53,867 nucleotides of DNA from the NCBI GenBank assembly GCA_021432655.1, contig MU271340.1, forward strand, positions 32,566 to 86,432, written 5' to 3'. The DNA comes from Atractiella rhizophila (taxonomy: Eukaryota). The position numbers and the translations under genes were made by a program. Positions 37,404 to 49,366 of this stretch are shown here, piece after piece. The notes under the pieces were generated by a model, which did not search any database, had not been told where the DNA came from, and saw nothing but the letters and a program-made list of their open reading frames with translations. Every line of letters begins with the position of its first letter. Position 1 is the stretch's first letter.

Positions 37404-37587
37404 TGTTGGAGATGTATAAAATGTTAGTAATACTTTCTTCATGAACATTCTGGAAGTTTCTATTTGCCACAAGCTCTCATGTATATAAACACCTGTTCTT
37501 GTGTTTTTGCTGCTCATGCATTTACAAGAGCTCAGCCAAACGTAATACATTTGTTTGAGCTTAACAAAGCAGCAGATAAAAACAACA
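37404..37587 (+). repeat. LTR (184 bp, TGTTG...CAACA)
   Basis: Highly similar, equal-length copy at 48971-49154. Internal TATATAAA. Confidence 0.85.
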
Positions 37588-39410
37588 TACCTATAATAGA
37601 ATATCAGCCTCTCAGCCTGTATGCAAAGGGTGAGATACGAAAGACGCTAGCAGATCTCAAAGGCTCGCTCGTGATTCGAGTAACTGTGCCCAAAAGTTCC
37701 ACTACTTGAGAACCTCTTTAAGGACTGCGGGGCAAATATTCTTCAGCACTGGCAAATTCTTTTCATTTCTTCTTGAATGCAACCTCATTATGGACCAGTC
37801 CGACTGAGACCCTTCCCCACAGAGGGATGAACCAGACTCTTCCCGCTCCATGTGCCAGGGATTGGAAGTAAGGTGCATTCTCATGATCAGTCCCTAATAC
37901 CACCACTAGGCAGCCTCTGTGTTCACTTCATTATCAAGTGCACGAAAGGCTACTTGATATGCTGGGACTATGTCCCTTGGGACCAGCTCAAGTTCAGTAA
38001 TCGCTTTCAGCTGGCTCCAGTCGTTTCCATGATCGATATGCCTTACGAATAAGGGGAAATACAGACTGATTCGCACTTCCTTTATCCCTCTTGTCTATTG
38101 TCACTTGCAATCACCTCGCCAGATGAGAGCGATGAATTTGGGAACCACTCCTACGCAGTGCAAGCATTAATTCCTATTAATCTACCATGGTTGGCATGAG
38201 GTAGTAAAGGGTAACAAGTTTAATTGAGCCCATTGCATAGATGTTCGAACGATGCTAAAACACAAGATAGTCTCCAATGCCCCTGACAGACTTAGACACA
38301 AATATGCACCAATTCATAATTTCTTTACAACACCTTCATCTGATAAATGGTACTCTCTCTTGCTTTCTGGCGATACGCCCTCAACGGCTTCAAGTCTAAT
38401 TACCCATCAGGACCTTGAAACAACATTCACGGTTGACAAGCAGACGGACCTCTTTTCCACATTTATCTCAGTCTCAACATCAACTATCACGCCAGCATAA
38501 CTGACTTGCAAACCTCCTTCCATTTGCCTTCCTACACTCTGAAGATGGACGTCTGGTACCGCAGATACATCACCATTCCGAAACTTTGGAACGATATTGC
38601 TGTGGCTAGAGGAGCCACTGGGGCCGGTGTTTTGGCTTTGGCTATGAATTCTTGGAGCAGCAGATCGAAGGTGCAGCACAATGTGAGAAGCCATCATCGT
38701 GGTCAATGTGAGAAGCCATCATCGTGGTGAATGTGAGGGCAAGCGGTCCGTTCAAAGCCGGATTGGGTACCTTAGGGATGCTAAGTTTCAGGTTTGTGAG
38801 TTCAAAAGAAAGGCCTGTTTGGAAACGTGGGGATATGACGAGGATATGAATACAAACCTGAAGTAGATCATGTTGACCAGGTTGCAGAGGGACATGACGG
38901 TGAAGTAGAGAACGCCATCACTCATGAAGGTTGAGAGGACCTTCGAAAGTGGTGCGTTCCGCATGTGAGCGACCGATGGCCTTCAGTAAGTCAGCACCGA
39001 GTCAGATGGGAGTTCAGACGCGACGGACAAAAGCATGAATATCGTTGTGGTCGCGTCATAAAGGAGAAGCGGAAGCCTAGCATTCCTCTCAGCGACCTGA
39101 TTCAGAGTGTTAAGGGTACACAAACCAATAAAGCCATATGTATCTTTACAACAATGTCGGTCTCGTTCATGTTCGTTGGAGAAACAATATCACTTTTCAC
39201 CTAGTCGAGTAGAGTAGCATGCTCTCAACCCGGGCAGTCTATGGTCACATTAGCATTTATCTCCTATATCTCCCGCAATTAGAAGACCTACAAAGGTACG
39301 GGCTTGTTCCCCGAAAACGACCAGACCTGAACTGCTGTGCCAACTATGACAAAGGTTCCCAAGAAGTAAGCAACCCATTGACGATGGTTCCACATTACCC
39401 AGACTCTTGC

Positions 39411-42400
39411 TGTGAGCTAATCCCCAGCGAAATGAGATGGTGGAAACGCTGGGGAATCAGGTTGGCGATGGCCCTAACCCTATGTACACGTGCTGACGAG
39501 TGGAGAACAAGAGAGAGAGAGCGAAGGGAACGAACATGAACGAAGCGAGAGAAACAAGCGAAGGGAAGGAAAACGACGAAGTAATACGGAGTCATGTAGT
39601 ATGTCCCTCTCTCACACCCCCCCTCACTCAAGGTGCGGGGGCACACAAAATGAGCAACAGTAGAAAAGGCAAAAGGAGGGAAAAGGACGAGAACAAATTA
39701 ATGTGGCCAAACACGCAAACGTGATATCGGGATTGTCCTAAATTATTTGAGATGATTAATAGAAATGAGTAAAAGTTAGAATGAAATTATAATAGCCTAG
39801 AAACTAGAAGTAGCAGAATCCCAAAGTTCTGAGAATATAGTGGAAACCTGAGTCGAACACTGCAATCACGCATCTAACTAGACAACAGCCCCATAGCGGA
39901 ACACAATTTAGAGTGCTGTAGGTATCCCAGGCCCTTCATCAGCACATCAGCTACCATATCTTGTGTAGGGATCCATTCGAGTACGATCTCCCCAGACACT
40001 ACCTTTTCCCTTGTAAAGTGGTAGTGCACATCGAGGTGCTTCGTCCTACCATGATTAGACGGATGTTTTGCCAGAAGTAGGGATCCCTGGTTGTCTCACC
40101 TGATCAGTGTCGCATTCTGTTGAGGAAAACCAAGCTGTGATAACAGCGCCCGTAGCCACATCGCCTCCCTTGCCGCTGTCGAGAGTACGATGTACTCAGC
40201 CTCAGTTGCGGATATCGCGACTGTCGGTTGCATCTTGGATATCCATGATATTGCTGAGCGTCCCAGGCGAAACACAATGCCAGATATTGAGCATCTAGTA
40301 TCCAAGTCAGCAGCATGGTCAGAGTCAGAAAAACCTTCAAGGGTTGTGCTACCCGTTGCGTCCCAAATGAGTTTGAAGTCCAGTGTGCCTAAAAGGTATC
40401 TGAATATCCTTTGAACCATCGTCCAGTGGCGACGCCGAGGACGTGCTACCCTGTTCACAGCGAATGCAATGTCTGGTCGAGTGTTTACTGCAGCATAGAT
40501 CAGTGCTCCCACAGCTTCCCGGTAAGGAATCCTTTTCATATACTCCCTTTCCCCATCAGTCTGGGCAACCCAAGACTCTGTCACCTGATCGACGATGTCA
40601 CATGGCGTCTTAGTCGGTTTCATACCCTGCAACCCATACTTTTCAATGCATCTGCGCACATAAGCTTCCTGGTCCAAGGTAATAATACTTCTCTCTTCAT
40701 CCCATGTTATGTTCATGCCTAGGAAATTCCCAACCGGCAACGTCGTTATTTTGAATTGCGAGCAAAGCGCAGTATACAGCTTCTCGACGAGTGTGTGAGT
40801 GGACGCTGCGACGAGACCGTCATCAACGTGAATAGCTACAATAGTCAGTCCCTCTCCATCATTTTTAAAATATACCCCTGGTCTGCATCCAAACGTGTAA
40901 ATCCTTGGTCGATAAAGAACACGTGGGCGGTATCATTCCATCCCTTGCCTGCCTGCCGTAGGCCATATAAGGTCTTTCGCAATCTGTAAATGTGAGCAGG
41001 CCGTTGCGGGTCGACAAAACGTTAAGGCTGACGAAGATATACTTCCTCACCCAGTATTCCATTCAAGAATGCATTGCTGACGTCGAATTGTCCTAGCTTC
41101 ATGCGTCTGGACGCTGCGAGAGAAAGAATAGTGTGAATAGATACTATATGCACGGTAGGAGCGACGGTGTCTTCGAAATCTACTCCCTCAGACTGTGTGT
41201 CACCCCGAGCAACGAGTCGTACCTTGTACTTGATAATGCTTCCATCTAGATCCCTCTTTATCAGCAAGACCCATTTGCAACCCACTGCTTTCTTGCCAGA
41301 GGGCAGTGGAACAGGTTTCTCATCCCATGTTCCCATATTTTTCAACGCCACTATCTCCGCCAAGATCGCCTCCCACCATTTCTCAGCATCAGGCCCAGCG
41401 AGCGCTTGTTTGAAAGACGGTTCGTCTAGACTACCTGTCCATTTCACATTAGCCGCAAACACCTGCCAGCGTCTCACGTCCTCGTCTTCATCTGAGATTG
41501 ATGATTGTAAAGATGGGCGTACGGCAGACGCCATCTTCCTGCTTGCTAGTAAGGGAATGAAATCTTGGTCAGTGGATCGGAAGTGTGCATCAAGAAAGTA
41601 ACTGGAATGTGTATGGGTCCTCCCTTTTTGGTTTGACGGCTTACCCTTCAGCTGGCAGTATAATCGACTCGCGATATATCACGTCATGGACGTTGGTTTG
41701 GGGGTGGATATGCGGCAGGTGAGTGTTGTGGTATACGCTTGCGCACCTGTCTAACAGGGATCATTTGTGCCTGCACAGCTTCTTCGCTTGCAGTAGGACT
41801 CGGCAACTCCCCCTCAACGTTATCTAACTCCGTCCGAATATGAATATCTGGGGTAGGTGAAGACGTCGTGGTGGGTTCGGAAGGAGGAAGTTGTACGGAA
41901 GGGTTATTGAATGGCGTGGTGGGCGGTACTACTTCGTCGGGACCTGGAATGTTAACAGGAACCTCGTCAGCTAAGCTATGAAACTCAGAGGGCATGAACT
42001 CGTCGAGAGTCCAGTCACTTAGGCGTTCTGTATCCTCCGCACTCCGATCCTGATAAAACTGATCTTCGAACCATCTGACATCCTTCGCTTCCACAAATCG
42101 CTTTTGCAACGGTACCCAAAAGAGCCAACCCTTCGCGCCAGGCAGATATCCTACGAAGTATCCTCGTGCCCCTCTCGGATGGAGTTTCGATATCTGCCTC
42201 TCCTTTGGAATGTGAACAGTAGCTAAGCAGCCAAAAGTACGAAGAGAAGAAACATCAGGGGCTATGCCTGTCCATAATTTCAAAGGACATTTCCAAGATC
42301 TGTGCAAAAATGTGGGTAGATGATTTCAAGTGTGAACAGCAAACTGAACTGCTTTCTCCCAGAAAGATAAAGGCAAACCAGATTCCAAGAGAATTGTGCA

Positions 42401-45400
42401 AGCTACATTGAATATTGTATACCAACGTCGTTCCATAAACCCCATTTGATTGTGAACGTATGGAATTGGAGTCTCGTGAGTGATACCTGATTTCTGTATG
42501 AAAGATTTGAAAATGACTGACTTGAACTCCCCACCGTTATTGCTTCGCAGGGTCTTCACCTTAACGCCGTGACGACGTTCCGTCTCTGTGATCCACATTC
42601 TCAGAGCCGTGGCAGCATCTGACTTGAGTCATAGCGGAATCCACCATATCATGGCAGTGGACTCTTCTACTATTCCGAGTCCATAACGGTAGCCACTCTG
42701 CAATGCAGGTACTGGCGCGGGAACCCGCAAGTCACAATCAATCCGTTCACCTTTCGTGAACGAAGCTGTTGTTGTGGTCCTTCAATTCGGACGTGCTTTC
42801 GATTTCCCAGCCACGCTGATAGTACAGTATCAAATATGGTTTGATTACAATCGAATCCTGTAACCCAATCTCCCGTACATAGCTCCCGCCAGCGTTTGGC
42901 ACCAATGTGACCTAAATGTGAATGCCACGTTTTGGAATTCGTAACTGCAAAAGCCGACGTGCTTGAGTGAGCTATGTTTGCTATTTGGATAGGTAGGGAG
43001 GGGGATCTCGCCTGGAGATCTATCTGCGACTGGCCGAACTTTGCCATACCAAAGTGTCTACCATCTTCACGACGAAAGAAGAGGTGTTCGCGGTCGTTGG
43101 TAAATCGGATCCCACAGTGCATGAGGTCGAAATGAGATACCAGAGTGACACCAAGTCCAGGGACGTAGAGACCGGTGCCAAGGTCCGCTTGGGAAATCGA
43201 GAGCCCGCTTTGATCCTCAAGAAGTGGTCGAACTCTGCCCATATGGGTCGCGAATTCGCCACTCTCAAACGCGCCACCAACGAAGACAGGAGGTAATATC
43301 AGCTGGAGGTCATCGAACAGTTCGGTGGAGCCGGACATGTGAACTGTTGCAGCCGAGTCGACGTAGCAATCCACATATATGGAAGGGATATCTGGGTGTT
43401 CACGTGCGAGGAAGCGGAAAGCCGTAGGAGGTATAATGGCATCGTAGCTTGTAAAAGGGGATGAGCGAGTTTTCGAATTGAGGTCAGAAAAAGTGGAGGA
43501 GTGGAGAGCAGCAACGTTCGCCGCGTAGTCGATGGGTAAGAACCGTTCGGCAATAGAAGCAGGGGATTCCAGAAGACGAAACAAAGGCTGAGGTAATTCA
43601 AAGTTAAGATAACGAGATAAAGCAAATGGTAAGCAATTTTGAATCCAAGAAGAAAAGGACAAGGCATTCGGAGCATCGTTAGAAACAGAAAGAAAAAGTT
43701 TTTCATTTTGAACCGAAGAAACAAAAGCATGAGGTGAAACAAGGAGGGAAGATTGATTTGGCGAGGGAGGGGGCTTCTTCGAGGTCGCTTCGTGTTCCTC
43801 TACACAAGCTAAGTATTCCGAGTCTGAGATCTCCTGTAGCGCGTCTTCAAATGCCATGTCACCATCAGGAGCATATTGAACGTGGGTATGAAAATGTGAT
43901 TCAGAGGAAGGAAGTGGGTTGTCGTACGTGTATCGAGGGATGAATAGTGGGTGGATCTTGAGCTCAGGATCTCGCCCAGGTTGAGGTATGGGCCAACGGC
44001 GTTGTTCGTAAGCCGCTTGAACATAGGAAGGCCAGTATGCTAAGTCACCGGAATAAATCACCTTGCCATCCAAATTGCCATCGAATCGACCGTCCGGGCC
44101 AGGGCTAAATACATTGTTGCCGCTGCGTAGGATACTGGTATCATTGAGCCCATCGCTCGACGAGAAAACAGGGCTGGCAATTAGTACAGATGGACGGACA
44201 TAATTCGTTCGTCCTGGAGGACTTGGACGAAGAGTGATACCCATGGATGCGAAAGCAGCATCGCGGGCATTATCCTGTTGGCCAGCAGGGACGTGGCAAC
44301 CGGAAGAGATATGCCCCATCCTGAGACCATAGACGCATTGGTTCGGGTGTACAACAAAATGTCCCGAAGGCGCTATTGAACCCGGCCATAATTCCAGTCC
44401 GTCATAATCCCATGCCCGTCTGCCAAAAACCCTTGTGCCAGGCCTGCCATAAACACGGCGTGTAAAACGGTACTCCTTTCTGAGTTGCTATAGTGTAGGG
44501 GGGCGGACTGACAAATGCTGATATTGGCGTTGAGTGGTCTTAGGGCTAGAAGATTGAAAATGAGGTGTGGTAGCACGAGGCGCAGGGGAATTCGACGAGG
44601 CCGTGCGGTAAGGGGGGGTTGAATGATATCGCGGCGAGGAGTCAACTTTTTGAAATGTTCGCGAAGGAGAAGGGGACCATCGAGGCATAGGAGTATAGGA
44701 TCCCATCGGGGGCTGGGACAATGGGGGCAGGGGCACAGATCGGGGGTATGGAGTCGATACGGCGTAAACACTCGTTTCCCTTTGATAACACAGGTTCATC
44801 CCTGCGTCCCCATTTTCGATGACGGTGTTCGTCATATCTTCTGCCTTCAATTTTTTGAAGAGGTCGGTGATATCGTTTCGAGTTACATTCTTTGGGTTCA
44901 AGGCAAATTTTCTCCATTCCGGTTCGAGGAGATTGACGAAAATGAGGAACTTGACCGCATCGGAAAGTGTATAAGATGCATCGGCAGAAACCAATTCGGC
45001 GTAAATCGCATTCCAGTTGGTTACGAATTGCACCATTGATCCAGATCCAGATCCCCCTTGATGAAAATTGACTAATCGTGCAAAAATGGTATGGCCCATG
45101 ACTGCCTGCGTGGTACCAAAAAGGGTACGCATCTTCGCAACGATGGCACTGGCGACCCGGCGGTCCTGTTCAGAAAGTTGATTGGCCGCCATCACATCGA
45201 GATTGGCAAGGAGTATGGCCACCACTCTCGTATTTCCAGCTTCCCATTTCTCCATAGCATCCTCCCATTGCGACTGATTTTGAAAATCGTTACGAACCGG
45301 TTTAGACCGACGGAACTCCCCTTCAGAAGCGACATCCAGAGCATAACGGTAAACCATTCTCACTTGCAAGCCCAATTTCATCGCCTCCCACCAGCTCTTG

Positions 45401-45944
45401 AATCCCACGTGTACGATAGATGGTACTCCATCGATGATCAACCCCGGGGAGGTGGAAGAAAGCTCCATGTCGGCGCTATGGAAAGAAATCGGAGGAGAGG
45501 ATTTAAGTAAAGGTTCGGTAGTATGCGACGGTGTTGGAGACAGAGGTCAAGAAGGGGATACGTGGCGGTGGGTCTCTATCGTCAGAAGGTGTGAGGTATC
45601 GAGACATATGATTTGACAAGGTCTGATTTATTGTTACAAAATTCGTAATGGACGGCCATAAACCCAGAACTGGACACGCATGGGTATTATAGCTACTAGA
45701 TGGCTCTCGCTACCATGTGAGCTGATCCCCAGCGAAATGAGATGGTGGAAACGCTGGGGAATCAGGTTGGCGATGGCCCTAACCCTATGTACACGTGCTG
45801 ACGAGTAGAGAACAAGAGAGAGAGAGGGAAAAGAAACGAGAGGAACGAGCGAAGGGAAGGAACATGAACGAAGCGAGAGAAACAAGCGAAGGGGAGGAAA
45901 AGGACGAAGTAAAACGGAGTCATGTGATATGTCCCTCTCTCACA
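39411..45944 (-). mobile_element. Full-length degenerate Ty1/Copia LTR retrotransposon
   Basis: LTRs at 39411-39616 and 45716-45944 (TG...CA). TSD CTTGC (39406-39410 / 45945-45949). PBS TGGTAGCGAGAGC (45703-45715 minus). G-rich PPT ~39617-39629 (minus). Domain order PR-INT-RT-RH. Confidence 0.96.
39874..45468 (-). pseudogene. Copia gag-pol pseudogene
   Basis: Gag ORF 44488-45468; degenerate knuckle CVYGLRMGHISSGC; protease YVDSAATVHM; integrase LRSNNGGEF; RT GCKWV..YKVRLVARG; RNase H GFSDSDHA..TEAEY..HGRTKHLDV. Many frameshifts. Confidence 0.93.
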
Positions 45945-47077
45945 CTTGCGCCTAGGAGGAACTCGCAGTTCACTGGATCCATATCATATATCAATCAATT
46001 CACCAACCATTGAGTTTTGGAGGGGCAGCGTACGAAAGAGAAGTGTAGTTGTGACAGGTTCAAGGAAATGAACCTGCTCACATGTTTTTGGGGTGAACTC
46101 GAGCCAAAAAAAAAATTGCCAGGACAAAGTCCAAGTGGCCCCAGTAGCTTCATAGTTCTAATAAGTCTTCCAGAGGCGAACGGAAGTTAGGGAAGAGAGT
46201 GGCACCGATTGAAGAAGAATGAGACGCGGACTGGCGTCCACTGTTCCCCCTTCCGCATCGCCTTGTATTCGGCTGGAATCGTAAGGATGAAGTCCCAACA
46301 GTAGAGCGCAAAGCAAGCTATCCTCCCAGGTCAGTAAGGCTCACATACAGAAGTGAGGAGAACGTGAACCCGTGATATAGGTACGACTGCCAGAAAGGAT
46401 TTCTTCCACAGCCTCGTGTTGGATAATGAGATCAAGCTACTGTTCCAAATTAAGACTCGATGGATCAGAGGACATAGCAGTCAGTTTGTCCATGGAAGGT
46501 TCAGACGAAGGTGAAGGGAGCTGGCAGACAGACAGCCTCCTTTTTAAAACTCATTAGCACATAACTGATCTGGAAGCCGTTCCTGCCTGAAGCTCTGAGA
46601 AACCCTTCAGTTTTTACACTTTTCCAAGAGGAGCGGCAATTGAGGGACCCACCAATTGAGCATTGCTCAAATGAGCCTCAATGGCAGTCAACTCAAAGAG
46701 GAGAGGTGGAGACATAGAATGATGTCGGAGCACTGTGTAGCCCAACCAGACCATTAGCTTCTGCTCCATCAGAAGTGTGCGGGACCAACGTCGAATTCAA
46801 CTCGATTCAGTTGAACATCTCATTCTCGTCTTCAGTTGGCGACAGAATTCATGCAATGCCTTTTGAACGCTGACAGCCAAATCAATCGCTTTCCAATCCT
46901 CTCTTATCCAACTGTTTGAGATCTGGCACTGTGGATATATCCATGATCACCAATTCGTTGGCGGAAAACATACCTTGAGCATTGGCGTTTGCATTACTCG
47001 TCCTGGTTTCAGGAGTGATAATGTCAGAAAGCTCTGATGATACTGATACTATCAATTCATATAAGAATCTGTGCATC

Positions 47078-47284
47078 TGTTGGAAATCGACCGGCTGAGG
47101 AGTGGAGCTAAGTACGACTTGGTTACGTTTGGCTGAGCTCTTGCAAATGCATGAGCACCAGGAAATGGAACTCTATGTGTTTATATAGCTTAAAGCAGTG
47201 GCAACTAGAAAGTAGTAGAACATTCCAGAAAACTAAAGAACCTTTGCCACTGAGTGGCACGAAACTAGACTGCGAAATCCAACA
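47078..47284 (-). repeat. Solo LTR related to the 184-bp LTR family
   Basis: TGTTGG...CCAACA ends; flanks GCATC / GCATT; reverse complement shares GCTCATGCATTT(G)CAAGAGCTCAGCCAAACGTAA and TATATAAACAC with 37404-37587. Confidence 0.75.
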
Positions 47285-47419
47285 GCATTGTTGCATGTTT
47301 TAGGCATTGTTGCATGTTTTAGGCGCAAATTCCAGCCAGAGAAGTCACATCGTCAGGATTAACTTCAAGAGATCCGAGAGACTTCAAAGTTCATGTGCAT
47401 GTCCACTTGCCAAGCGAAT

Positions 47420-47560
47420 TTGGATCCACGTTGAAAATAATGAGATGCGAACTGGCAAAAATCTGCTCTGCCTTCCACATTGCCTTATATTCGTCTGGGA
47501 AAGTAAGTGCGAAGTACAGCTATAGAACACAATGCAAGCTGTATTTTAGCTCGATCAGTT
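47420..47560 (-). pseudogene. Fragment of a second DUF6533-like paralog
   Basis: LTFPDEYKAMWKAEQ..PVRISL matches LTIPAEYKAMRKGEQWTPVRVSF at ~46200-46320. Confidence 0.6.
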
Positions 47561-47993
47561 TCAGACTTGAGGAGAGTGCGAACCAGTGACAAAAGTACAA
47601 ATAGCCAAAGGAACTTCCTCCAACACTGCACGTTGCAAACCAAGATCGAGCTGAAGAGTGGCAGTGGAGGTTGACATACATACCGTGGTCCGTGCCATAG
47701 GACATTGCAAGAAGGATGGGATCGAAGGCGAGGACGCAAACAGCTGCGACCATGAGTAGTCAACAGTTTGTGCGAACATGTAATCTAATCCGGAACCCTC
47801 TGAAAAAACCTTCGTGGCGGGCACATCTATACAAAAACCTGCCCCAATGAAAGGGGACGACCCCTTGACAGCAGAGGATGTTTGCTTGTTCTCATGTCAG
47901 CCTATTCAGACGAGAATATGTGCTTCCGTTCTAGCTCACCAGATTCCTGCCTGTGGTGAAAGGTCCAACCCGCAGGATTCTTGGAACTAAGTT

Positions 47994-48750
47994 ATGCGGA
48001 GAATGGAGTGTTGGGATGTAGTGACAGAGGAGGAGACAAAGCCAAGAGGGGAAGTGACGGCCTCATCATTAAAGAAGTGGAAGGCAGCGTCAGAGTTAGG
48101 ACTCATAATCATTACAGTTCATTTACATATGAGATTGTACAACCAGTCCTGAGGCTTGGAAGAAGCTGAAAGGCAAATATGAAAAATCGAGCACGGCTAA
48201 TCGAATTACCCTCAAAGGCCAACTCCACAATATGAAGCAAGAACCCGAAGCACACATCGACGTCTATATCAATGAAATCCTTATGAGCGCATCAATTCTT
48301 AATGCAATTGGAGTCAAGACCGAAGATGTGAACATTGTGGATGCATTGATTATTGGATTATTGCAGGAGTGGGAGAATATTGCTGGGAGCTTAATGACAA
48401 AGACGGATTTGAAGGCAGATGATGTTGTGGGAACTCTCAGGGATGAGGAAGCAAGGAGGATGGCTGGAGGGAATGGTCCTGGGCTGGAGGAAGCCATGTT
48501 TGCGAAGGTAGAAGCGAAGGAAGTGGGATATTTTGCTCGAACCGGAAAGCGAAATTTCCCTCATAGTCAAGCGAGTCAAGGAGGAAAAGGTCGACAATGC
48601 TGGACTTGTGGTAATGAAAATCACATTGCTCAAGACTGCTCAAAGAAATTCAATGCGAATCAAACCTCCCATGAACAAGCAAACTTTGTGAACGAAAGCC
48701 TGTCAGATTGTGTTTTGAAGATGAAACGATTTACTGGAGTCGAAGAGTAG
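47994..48750 (+). pseudogene. Copia-type gag remnant (UBN2-like region and zinc knuckle), no pol
   Basis: EAWKKLKGKYE, LIIGLLQEWENI..L.DEE and CWTCGNENHIAQDC. Followed by purine run AGGCGGAAG and the LTR at 48971. Confidence 0.82.
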
Positions 48751-48970
48751 TGAAATGGTCGGGCAGGATCTATTGAACAGAGGCGCGTGAGGCCTGATCT
48801 ATGCGAGTTAGGCATGGAATCAATTTAAGGAGTATTCTGAGACAACTACTGGCTTATTGAAATGAAGATGAAGCTTAGAATCGGCGGAAGCTGTTGAGAT
48901 TGGAGAAAGGATAGAAAAGTCTTGTTTCTTGTTTCATTCTGTAATGATTACTCTACATTTTAGGCGGAAG

Positions 48971-49154
48971 TGTTGAAGATGTGTAAAATGTTAGTAATAC
49001 TTTCTTCATGAACATTCTGGAAGTTTCTATTTGCCACAAGCTCTCATGTATATAAACACCTGTTCTTGCGTTTCTGCTGCTCATGTGTTTGCAAGAGCTC
49101 AGCCAAACGTAATAGATTTGTTTGAGGTTAACAAAGCAGCAGAGAAAAACAACA
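48971..49154 (+). repeat. LTR (184 bp), 3' LTR of the gag-only element
   Basis: TGTTG...CAACA, preceded by a purine tract; copy of 37404-37587. Confidence 0.85.
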
Positions 49155-49366
49155 CTAAACCAGCACCAACCCTCCTTTTTAATGGTTGCCTCACAATCCA
49201 ATCCATTGTTTTCACCAACATGTCCACAGATCACCTTGTAAGATCTTTAAGATCTCGGAAAACATGATCGAGAAAGCAAATCCACAAGATTACAGATCCT
49301 TTGCATCGGCGATGGTGGCCGATATATACTCGGACAGGTCATGCTTCAACTCAGGTTGTTCCCCAA

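Larger units (their letters stand above)
38407..46493 (-). pseudogene. DUF6533-like multi-pass membrane protein gene, disrupted by the Copia insertion
   Basis: N-terminal ACFALYCWDFILTIPAEYKA..WTPVRVSFFFNR. GARVWVMWN is split by the Copia TSD. C-terminal MMASHIVLHLR. In-frame stop near the start. Confidence 0.72.

Noticed and set aside
38681..38735. 24-bp tandem duplication (also a 19-bp duplication at ~47285-47324)
   Set aside because: Ordinary slippage duplications in decayed sequence.
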